From: Zootoca vivipara | Taxonomy: Eukaryota | Direction of reading: 5' to 3' | DNA: 64,000 nucleotides | Assembly (NCBI RefSeq): GCF_963506605.1 | Contig: NC_083277.1 | Location: 7,812,001 to 7,876,000, forward strand | Shown: positions 45,161 to 61,500 of the stretch, piece after piece | How the letters are laid out: the number at the start of each line of letters is the position of its first letter | Numbering within the stretch: the stretch's first letter is position 1 | Position numbers and translations under genes: made by a program | The notes under the pieces: generated by a model | What the model saw: only the letters and a program-made list of their open reading frames with translations | Databases searched by the model: none | What the model was told of the DNA's origin: nothing

Positions 45161-47188
45161 TTAGAACAGAGTCTGGCTGTTTATGCAGCTCGAGCCGGTC
45201 TGAATTATCTGATGTGCAAGAAGGTTCTGCTCATCGCTGAAACTTTTCCCACAGTGAATACCCTGGTGTCTAGTGAGGCTGGATTCAAAAGCAAAGCTTG
45301 CCCAGCAGAGCGGACACTTGAATCTTTCGTTCCCTGCATGGACCCTCTGGTGCCTGCTGAGACGTAACTTGTAGCTGAAGGTTTTCCCGCAGTCTGCACA
45401 CTCAAAAGGTTCTTCCCCTGCATGGATCGTCTGACGAATATCCAGATTTGAGCTCCACCTGAAACTTTTTCCGCAATTGACACAGTCGTGCGGCTTCTTC
45501 CTGTGGTGGAGCCCCTGGTGCCGTGCAAAGTTTTGGCTGTGGCTGAAGCTCTTCCCGCACGTGAGGCACTCGTGGGGCTCCCCCCGCCCGTGTAGATCCT
45601 CTGGTGTGCAATGAGGCTCGTGTTCCAGCGGAACCTCTTCCCGCAGTCTGAGCACTTGTAGGGCTCCTCTCCTGTGTTGATTCTCTGATGCCAGAGAAGG
45701 TTTGATTTGCGGCTGAAGCCTTTTCCGCAAACACCGCAGGTACTCTGCTTCTTCTCCAGCCGCGGTTTCTGATGATCTCGTAGAACGCTCCAAACTGGCT
45801 TAGCTGGCTGGCGATGAGTTTCTGGTTCCACATCTCCATTCAATTCACTCCCTCGAAGTCGTCTCGATTCTCAGTGTCAGCTTCCTCCTCTCCTCTCTTA
45901 ATTCCTTCCAACCACACCTCATGCAATTCCCAATCCTTCTCAGTTCTCCAAGCGTCATCTGTTGGAATAAAAATAAAATGAGTATGTACGGGTGTGCATG
46001 CACATGTGTTCAGAGCCACAGAATTGTAGAGCTGGAAGGGACCGAAGGGTCATCTAGTCCAACCCCCTACAAAGCAGGAGTCACAGCTAGAGAATCCCTG
46101 GTCTCTACTGGCAGCAGCCATTCCAACCGCCTACAGCAGAAGTCCCAGTAAAGGAAGAACGGATACCAAAACTTATGGAATATGCAGAAATGGCGAAACT
46201 TAGTGGAAGAATAAAAAAACCAAGCTATCAAACTCTTTATAAAAAAATGGAAATGGTTTATTGAATATATACAGAAAAATTGTAAACAGATAAAACCATT
46301 AGTAGGATTATTGTAATAAACTGCGGTTTTATAAGAGTATATATTTATTGTTCTTCCTCTGCCTTTCTTTGCCCCAGAAGGAGCCCCTTGGCCAGGGCCA
46401 CTGCCTGGGAACAGGTCTTCGGGCCTCCTTCCTGGACCCAGCTCTGCATCTCCGGCGGCAAGCCGGCCAAGAACTGCTCCAAGATCACGAACTCCACGAT
46501 CTGCTCCCTGATGTGCCTCTCTGGCTTCAGCCACTGGTGGCAGAGGTACCAGAGGCGGCTGCAGACCTCGCGGGGGCCCTCGGCCTCCTGGTAGCGGAAC
46601 CAGCGGAAGCTCTGGCGCTGGGCCTCCATACCGAGGGCAGCCTCTTCCTTCAGTTGCCGGTCTCTGCCAAGGCCAGCCAGGTTGCTCCTGGAAGGCCAGT
46701 TGGGGAGCCAGCCCCCCTGCTCTGCCCTAATCTGCTGGCCAATGGAACGATGGGGAAGGACGATTTTGCCGCCACCCCACAGTACAGCCTGTGGGTCGCC
46801 CCAATCCGACCCGGGGAACTGCGAGGTCTTCAGGAACGCCTGCTACTAGGCTTCCCAGTGCCGAGACAACACCCCCTCGGTCTGTTCCTGCTTCATCTGT
46901 TCCACGGTCCGCCTCAGAAACTGCCCCATGGCGCCCGCTTGGCCTTCTTCCTTGAGACGACAGGCATATGATTCCTCGCTCTCAGGTGTCAACCCCATTT
47001 GAAGCCCCCGCTCTAACGTAGCTGGGAACTGAAGGCAGGAGGCTGAGGGTTCCCTGACTCATGCTAGAGCCATGTCCGCTTAGAGGGACGATTCGAACAC
47101 AGCTCTGTCCCTCGCTAGTGTGCAGTGTGGCAGAGGGTGATGGGCCTGCGCTTGGCCTTCCAGAAAAAGAGGGGCCAGAGCTCACCAT
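45161..47188 (-). pseudogene. SCAN and C2H2 zinc-finger (ZSCAN-like) pseudogene
   Basis: SCAN domain in ORF 46345-46629. The upstream WEAQWQ motif is mutated to WEA**Q (two TAG codons at ~46844-46849). The SCAN-exon donor is missing, with an L1 3' fragment (~46150-46345) in its place. The finger exon (start 45958) is split over two frames. Confidence 0.85.
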
Positions 47189-47217
47189 GAACTTGGAAAG
47201 GGGTCACCCACATTCCA

Positions 47218-47340
47218 AGGCATGACTCTTGATCTCAGGGTCATGGGTTCGAGTTGGGCAAAAGATCCCTGCATTGCAAGGGGTTGGACTAGATGACCCT
47301 CGGGGTCCTTTCCAACTCTACAATTATATGAATTCTATGC
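47218..47340 (+). mobile_element. tRNA-Lys-derived SINE with CR1-like tail
   Basis: gcatgactcttgatctcagggtcatgggttcgag head, then ggggttggactagatgaccct...ttccaactctac tail. Confidence 0.75.
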
Positions 47341-48540
47341 GGGGAGATACAATTCAGAAAGACGGGGTGCCTGCTACTCTCAGGAACTTTGGAAGCTGCC
47401 TTATATGCCTTATAACGAGTCGGGCTACTGGCTTAGTACTGGCAGCAGCTCTCCAGAGTTTCAGGCAGGGAGTCCATCTCTCCCAGCCCTGGCGATTGTA
47501 CTTGGGAATTTTCTGCATGCTAAGCAGCACATGCTCTACCCATCAGGCAGCACTTTCTGAACATGCACCTCATTTATTGCACCCCATGCACCAACCTCCC
47601 GGCAATGCAAAAAAATAAATCTCAGCCAGGCAGCATTTTAGCTGCAAAGCCAGGCAGGAAATGCATGGGAGGCTGTCCTCTGTCCCGCCCCGCTCCTCCC
47701 CTCACATTTTTTCTTGCCTCGCTGGGAACTGAGCCGTGGCTGTTGATTTAACCATTAACCAGCCACCCACCTCTATATTGCCAGCACGGACTGGCAGCAG
47801 CTCCCTAGTTTTGTAGCCCTACCTAGAGATGCCGGGGATGCATGCAAAGCAGACGCTCTGCCACTGATCTATGCCCCTTGCTGCTTTCCTGCAGCAATAA
47901 AAACCATTGCAAAAATAGCTCACTGCTTGGGAGGCTGCTGGTCCTAATGCAGCTACTGTAAATTCTTCTGTTAGCTTCTGAGTCCGGTCTTCAAGCTCCG
48001 TTTCCTAGAGCGGCCCAGGACATTTGGATGGGGGAAGTAAACAATGAGGACAACTTCCTGGGTCTAAGCCCCTCCCTCCTCCTGGCATTAGACTCCTGCA
48101 GAAGACAGACAGGTGGGTGATTTAAGCCATAAGCTGAAAGCTAGGATCATTCATAGTGGCGTGGTGGAATGGAATTAATTCATGCAATGCAATGCAAAAT
48201 AGGGAGGGGAAACCATTTAAAAATAGTAACCAGGCTCAGATTCATTCTTCCAGAGTCAACCTTTCTCCAGATCCACTTGTTCAAAAATCTGAGAGTGATC
48301 TGAGAGAGATTTCAATACTGCACTTGAGAAATTAGCGCGAATTAAAACCAGGGGATTTTGAATAAATTTGAGTATACTGTACTATCACTAAAGGCAAAAA
48401 TTAAAATAAAAAGTCCCAGAGCGGCCACAGATCTAAAAATGTCAGTAACCTCTACTACTGCGTAGGAGGCAAACAATTCATCAGGAAACTTCTTACTGAT
48501 CTGTAACCTATTTTATTTCTCTCCGACTTGAGCAGGGGAA

Positions 48541-54066
<5,526 letters not shown>

Positions 54067-54435
54067 AACCAGGGAAATGCCCATAGAAAAGAGCATTCTT
54101 GCGACTAGACAGCGAGCAGTCTTTTTGCGTGACAAGTGGTGTATATTTCTTCAAGGAAGAGTCCACAGTAGTCTGTGGTTTGCTCTGTTTCCTAGCAAAA
54201 TTTTGTATGTTGAATCAAGATTTCTGGTGTGCTTAATAAAGATGACTTTTTTTTTAAAAAAAGCTTTCTTTACTGAAGTTTTCAACAGAACGATAACTTT
54301 CCACTGAAATCTTGGAACCCGTTAAAAGGACCTGTCTTTTAGAATAGGGCTGGGACTTGAAACATCGCCCACACAATGCTTTGTAATGTGTAAATTAAAG
54401 CTCAATCTCTGCCATTTGTAGACTTATTTGTAGAA

Positions 54436-54975
54436 CCCGGTCCTGAAAGACCTACATTGGCTCCCAGCATGTTTCCAAGCACAATTCCAAGTATTGGTGC
54501 TGACCTTGAAAGCCCTCAACGGCCTCGGTCCATTATACCTGAAGGAGTGTCTCCACACCCATCATTCAGCCTGGACACAGAGATCCAGCGCCAAGGGCCT
54601 TCTGGCAGTTCCCTCCCTGTGAGATGTGAGGTTACAGGGAACCAGGCAGAGGGCCTTATCAGTAATGGCGCCCATCCTGTGGAACGCCCTCCCATCAGAT
54701 GTCAAGGAAATAAACAACTATCCATAGCTGCCAAGTTTTCCCTTTTCTCTCGAGGAAGCCTATTCAGCATAATGGAATTTCCCTTAAAAAAAGGGATAAC
54801 TTGGCAGCTATGCAACTATCTGACTTTTTAGAAGACATCTGAAAGCAGCCCTCTTAAGGGAATTTTTAAATGTCGGATGCTTTATCACATTTTAATTATT
54901 CTGTTGGAAGCCACCCAGAGTGGCTGGGGAAACCCAGCCAGATGGGCAAGGTATAGATAATAAATTATTATTATT
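54436..54975 (+). mobile_element. L2 LINE 3' end with (TTA)n tail, interrupted by a 90-bp MITE
   Basis: PVLKDLHWLP-like start, L2 3' UTR, ending in aataaattattattatt. Confidence 0.78.
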
Positions 54976-55806
54976 AAATTATATTATTAACCCTGTTATT
55001 TCAGGATACCTTAAATCAAGCTGCTATTAAACTTCTGCACCAGCCACCGCCACAGCTCTCCCCTCCCTGAACTACATCCCTGTCAACAAGACTTGCAAAG
55101 CTAGGTTCAAAATTGTACCGCAATGAACCGAACTGAAAATGACAAAAATAATATAAAGGAGACTTCACTGTGCCGGCTCGTAAGAAAAACTCAAGTCCGC
55201 CATGGGTACTATCTTAGGATGAACCAAAAAAGTCACCTTCAAAAATATGGGTCACTTTTGAGTTTTCCACTCAGTGGATAATATTGTTATACAACAGGGG
55301 TTGCCAAACTTTATAGCCCCAGGGGCACAGTGCGATTTCGGGACAAGTCCAGTGGGCATGTCACTCCCTGTGGTCACATCTTTCCCGGCCTCCCCCAGAT
55401 CAGCATCCCACCCACCCAAGCGACGGAAAGCATGCACACAAACACACACTTGCACTTTGCTTTTCCTGCAGGTGTGGGTCCAAGCCCGTAGAATTAATCT
55501 GAGCATGGAAAAGCACACGTACGGTAACTGCTGCTCTTTTTTTACTTTTCACGGGAGAAAAAGGCAGCCACGTTCCCCAGCTCCTGACCATGCAGAGGAG
55601 AGAGTGGGAAGGCTCAGACGCTTCATGGACGCCAGGGGGAAACCTCAAGGGTGGCTCTGCACCCATGGGTTCACCACATTGGCAAACGTCCTTCAAGATG
55701 AGGATGAGGATGAAGATGAGGATTTTGTTGTTGTTGAAAAAGTAAGGAAATAGGGCTGTTCATTACAGCCCCAAGGTTTGCTTATAGAGTAAGGTTACAA
55801 GATTTT

Positions 55807-56139
55807 TAAACCACTGAGCCTAGGGCTTGCTGATCAGAAGGTCGGCGGTTCGAATCCCTGTGACGGGGTGAGCTCCCGTTGCTTGGTCCCAGCTCCTGCC
55901 AACCTAGCAGTTCGAAAGCACGTCAAAATGCAAGTAGATAAATAGGAACCGCTACAGCGGGAAGGTAAACGGCGTTTCCATGTGCTGCTCTGGTTTGCCA
56001 GAAGCGGCTTTGTCATGCTGGCCACATGACCTGGAAGCTATACGCCGGCTCCCTCGGCCAATAATGCAAGATGAGCACGCAACCCCAGAGTCGGTCACGA
56101 CTGGACCTAATGGTCAGGGGTCCCTTTACCCTTTACCTT
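55807..56139 (+). mobile_element. Sauria SINE (slightly 5'-truncated)
   Basis: High identity to 50755-51084. Confidence 0.9.
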
Positions 56140-56947
56140 AATCCGGGGACACTTTAAAAAAAAGAGAGAGAAAATATATTTTTAAAAAAGTTATTTTAAA
56201 AAATTAAGAAGTAATCTATTCTGTGGCCTCCTCTGTCATGCAGCCTTCCTCTGGACTGCTCTCTTGGAGCGCTAGTCGCTATGGAGTATGAGAAACCATA
56301 TATGCTGCTGTGAGCCTCTTGGAGAAAAATGTGGGATACAAAGTAGGCTTTTATGATGATGATGATGCCACCCTATACCTGGAGGTCTCAGGGTTGTTGT
56401 TGTTTTGTTGTTTTTGATTATGTATTTTGTGGTTTTATATTTTGATCTTATTCTGTGAACTGCCCTGAGACCTCCAGGTATAAGGCATTATATAAATTCA
56501 ATAAATTCATAATAATAGTAATAATAACAAATAAATAAATACAAATAAAAGCAATTTCCAGAGGGGTATCATGTTCTCTCTCGCAGCAAATTCAGAATAT
56601 TGTGGCATCTATTTCCCCCTGTCACAAGCTCTCAGTCCCACTATCCTCACTTGTCCAAATAAAAAGAAAAAAGCTCATGCTATAATAAATGATCTCCGAC
56701 TCTGTTCAGCTCCACAAGACTCTAGAAACAAATACATAAGTAAGATTTAAAAGGAAACAGAAACAGCCAGGAGGAGAAAGAAGGCGATTTACTGATGAGC
56801 CCAGAGACGGGAGGGGAAAAAGCTGGCAAATTGCAATCAGCTTCCCCAAAATCCCACCGTAAAAAAGCCCAGCTGGTAGAGGACTCTGCAGATTCCATGG
56901 TCTCAGCAGAGTCCTAGAGTGGCCCAAAACCATAAAGGTCATAGAGC

Positions 56948-57050
56948 TTTTCCGGTTTCCGGTTTCCCGCCGGGTCAGAGCATTGAGGTCCGTTTCCGGG
57001 AGCGATATCGCCAGTTGCAGAGCGCGGGAAGAGCGGTTGTGCCCAGGTAG
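56948..57050 (+). promoter_or_regulatory. Probable promoter and non-coding first exon of the downstream SCAN gene
   Basis: Tandem ETS-type TTCCGG motifs (ttttccggtttccggtttcccg), local CpG enrichment, and tandem donors cag|GTAG|GTGAGT at 57047 and 57051. Confidence 0.6.
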
Positions 57051-58589
57051 GTGAGTTGCAGAAAGGATAGTTCCATAACCATTGCAGCAGCAGCAGCAGC
57101 AATAAAAATAAGGCTGGCTCCCTAGAGAGGCTGCTTAAGATTGCTGCCACGTGTTTACCCAGAAGTAAGGCCCCGTAGGATTCAATGGGGACCCTTCCCA
57201 AGTAAGTGCGTGCAAGGTTGCAGGTTGTAATCCTGTATCCGCTTCTCTGGGAATAAGCCCCCATTGAACTTCGTGGGGCTCGCCTCTGAGCGGACATGTA
57301 GAGAATTGGGCTCGAAATTTAGAAACTATGTGGGGTTTGTGGGGGTGTTTCTCCCCCACCCCCATATCGACTGGGGAGATTGCATCCAATCCTAAAAGGA
57401 TTCCCCTTTTTTGTTTCCTAAATCGATTGGGACTAGATTTGGGATGTCGTGTTTTCCATTTCCCAAAGGAGCTGGGAAGTGTGCCACGTTAAAGTTAGCT
57501 TGTATCCTGCCATGCAGATTTTTTAATGTCTCCTCTCTGTGACTTTTAACTTATTTTAAATTGGTTTTTAGCGTTCTGTTTTAATTGTTGTAACCTGTCC
57601 TGTGACCTTGGAGTGGAGGGCAGGTAATAATAAATCATTGTAAGTCCTCCTCAGGGTGGGCCCATTAAGTTAGTCATGTCTATTAACTTGCCTATCTGGA
57701 GTGTGTTCATTTGTTGGGGGATGTTCTAAAAGCACATACACCCCCCCCCCAAAAAAAATTCCTTGGCAGATCCTGTATCTACAATTCATGGTTTACTTGG
57801 CAGTTTATTATTATTGTTGTTGTTGTTACTGTAATTGAATTAATCTTGTTGAGTTCATTGGGGCTATGTGTTTAGAATTTTCAGTCCCCGCGAAAGCAAA
57901 CATTTAATCTCCGCTAAAATTTTGTTACTTGCCTACGATACTCAAACTCAAAAATGTTTAAACATTGTTTTATTATTATTTTCTTCTTTTATATAAGAAT
58001 ATTTTGCATTGATAAAAAAGTAAAATTCAATAAAAATTATTTAGTTTAGTGGCGACTAGTGGAAACTTTAGTTTTACCCAAATAGGAAGTTCTAACTGCC
58101 ATGCTGAGTTGTTGATCTGCTGTTTACAAATAAATACAGTGCACCCTCTGGATATGAACTTAATTCGTCCTGGGGGTCCGTACTTACCCTGAACAGTCTG
58201 TATCCAGAGGTGCCGCTTCTGCGCACGTGCGTGGCGTGATAGAGTGCTTCTGCACATGGGCAAAGTGCACAGAGTGCATTTGCAGATGCGCGCGCAGCGA
58301 AACCCGGAAGTGTTTGCTGCGTTTGCAACCTGAAATTACATTATGTAACCTGAGGTACCACTGTACATCTATTCGGGGGGGGGGGATGTTTAAACGTTTT
58401 AAAGAAACAAAAAATCTCAAGTGAGAACCACTGTAACCTTCGTTTGAGGAGCCATTTGGCACCTAGCTTTTATATCTGAGTTTCTAACACTGGTGTTGCC
58501 TTCCCTGAGGCATCTGAAGCGCCACTCTGGGATTCGAGACTTGGTGGATGGATCTCATTGGTGCTGCTGTGTTTATTTTCTTAGATCCA

Positions 58590-61500
58590 ATGATGGATAA
58601 ACAAGAGGAAGTTGATTGCAAGCCGATGATGGATGATGGAGGAGGAAGTCAGTCATTTGAAGCTTCCCTTGGAAGCTCGGGAGATTGGCTTGATGTGAAG
58701 GAGGAACCTCAAGAGAATTCAACCCAGCTATGGGAAACACAGTGGCAACAGTACTTGAATACAGTGGAGCTTTGTCCCTTGGGAACCCCACAGGAACCCA
58801 CCCCCTGGGACGATGCGCCGACCTTCCTGGCCTCCTTCGAGCAAGTGGCTGAAGCCTACCGGTGGCCCAAGGAAGAGTGGGCAGCCCGGCTCCTGCCTGC
58901 ACTGGGTGGAGAGGCCGAGCAGGCCTTTAAAAGCCTGGAGGGCCCAGATAGAGAGGATTATGGGAAGGTGAAGGCAGCCATTTTGCAAGGAGACACCATG
59001 AACAGGGAGAATTACCGCCAGCACTTCCGGTGCTTCAGCTACCAGGAGGCCGAAGGGCCCAGAGTGGCCTATACCCGGCTGCAGGAGCTTTGCTATCGGT
59101 GGCTGAAAGTCGAGAAGCACTCCAAGGAGGAGATCCTGGAGCTGCTGATCCTGGAGCAGTTCCTGGCTGTCCTGCCGTCAGAAATGCAGAGCTGGATGAA
59201 GGGGCACTGCCTCGAGAGCAGCACCCATGCAGTGTCCCTGGCCGAGGATTTCCTGATCAGACACTTGGTGTCCGAGAGAAGAGAAGAGCAGGTAAGAGAG
59301 AGCTGAATCAAGGACGAAATCGGTCTCTGCCTTTATCACGGGCCTTAACTCATAAGTGGACAATTTCCATAGAAATAACTCGGGTCTCGAATATTTGAAA
59401 GACCACCTCTTTTCCTACAGGCCTTCCTGGGTGTTAAGATAAGGAGAGAAGGCCCTCTTGGTACCTCCACCACCCTCAGATGGTGGTGGTCTGGGAATGG
59501 GCCGCCTTTGTGGCAGCTCCTAAGTTGTGGAACTCCCCACAGAGGTGTGTCTGTCACTTTCGCTGTACAGCTTTTGTTGTACAATCGCACCTTGGGTTTT
59601 GAACAGCTCTGTTCTCAAACGATTTGGCTCCCAAACGCTGCAAACCTGGAAGTGAGTGTTGCGGTTTGCGAGCTATTTTTGGAAGCCGAACGTCTTCCGC
59701 GACTTAGGATTGGCTGCAGGAGCTTCCTTCAGCCAATTGGAAGCCGCGCCTTGGTTTCCAAACGTTTTGGAAGCCGAACGGACTTCCGGAACAGATTCTG
59801 TTCTAGAACCAAGGTACGACTATCCTGAAGCTGCACCTTGGTGCTGGGACCTGCCTTTGGAATGATGCTGGTGCTGGTTCAGTCAGCTTAAAAAAATGTC
59901 AGAGAGCCAGTGTGGTTAGCGTGGGACTGAGAAGACCTGAGTTCAAATTCCCGTTTAGCTCATCTCGCTCTCTTGCAGCCTGTGCTACTTCACAGGGTTG
60001 TGACAGGGAGAACATTGGTCCAGGGGTGGCCAACTCCCCAGAGACTGTGATCTACTCACAGAGTTAAAAATTGGCAGTGATCTAACCCCCTTTTTGGGGT
60101 TCAGGTCAAAGTTGTTGAGTTTTTTCAGGGAGGAGGTAGAATGTTGAGCTTTTTTTAGGGGAGCCACAGTTGTTCACCTTCTTTGGGGGAGCCAGTGATC
60201 TACCACAGACCTCCAGTGATCTACCTGTAGATCACAATCTACCTGTTGGAAATGCCAGGATTAGTGCATTGTGGTGAGGGTGGAGGTCCCTGATGTGCTT
60301 TTGATTAGTGAACAAAGCTAAAATTTAAATAAATTTGCTAAATTGAACCCACAGGGCAGCAGATTCCCCCCCCCCGGCAAATCCACGTCACCGGAGATGA
60401 CTTTTTAAAAATCTCATACATTTTGCCCCAATTTCCGCAAAAGTTGATACCCTGCGGCCTGCGCTTCCTTCCAGAAGAGCTCAGGGTAGCAAACACAGTA
60501 AGATTAAAACACCTCTTTAAAACATCTAAAAACAGCAACACACACACAGATGTAAAGCTGGTGTACAACAACAACAACAACAACAACAACAGATGGAACC
60601 AAATCACATGTCAGCCTGCCAAAACAGAAAAGTCTTTTTTTTTTAAATATATTTTTATTAATTTTTCCAATTAAAACCAATTATATCACATTCATTATTT
60701 CAAATTATACACATATATATCAATCAAACCGAATGTTATGCCAAATCATCTAGAAATTTTTTTTTGGGTTCCCATGCTTCAAGAAATTGGGGATTCCTCG
60801 CAACCGTCCACTGCCGTCTTTTTTCTAAAGTTCAAATCGTCTCTCCGAGTTCATAATAATCCAGATCTTTCCCTTACAGTCACATAGATGTTTTCCTCTT
60901 TCAACCGATTATTTCCCAGCTGCTGAGATAAATGTCAAACAAAGTTTCACAAATGTTCTTTCTCCTGTGTGAGTTAATCAGTCCAGCCTCCCCATAAATC
61001 TTCTTGGTCTGGAGCGTCCCTATTGCGTCGACTCTCAACACGAAGCAGCGCCATCTTAAAAAAACTCAAATCACTTTCGTTTTCTCTCATAGATTAACGA
61101 TCTTTATAAAATTTACAGCTTTTCCAGGCAGAAGAACCAAACCTCACACCATGCATAGACTCTTGGTAAATTAATGGATCTCCTTGCCCTATAGCTGAAC
61201 TTAGCTTCAGGTCGCTGCTCCAATTCAAAGTGCGTCACAACTCATAAATCCTCCGAACGTGTCTAGGCACTCCTCCCATCCAACTAGAGGGGGGCTTTTC
61301 TCGTCAGCAACTCCTCATCTTCAAAAAATATGCTCAATAACAACAGTTTATAAAGTTCAACTCACACAGTCTTTTGCTTCTCTTTCACTCCAAACAAGCC
61401 AGGACATCATGTCTGGGAAGGTACGAAGTAACTCATATGAAAAAAAATAAAAAAGACTCGCTTCCCTTATCGCTCCGTCCCCATCAATTCTTCTTCCAGA

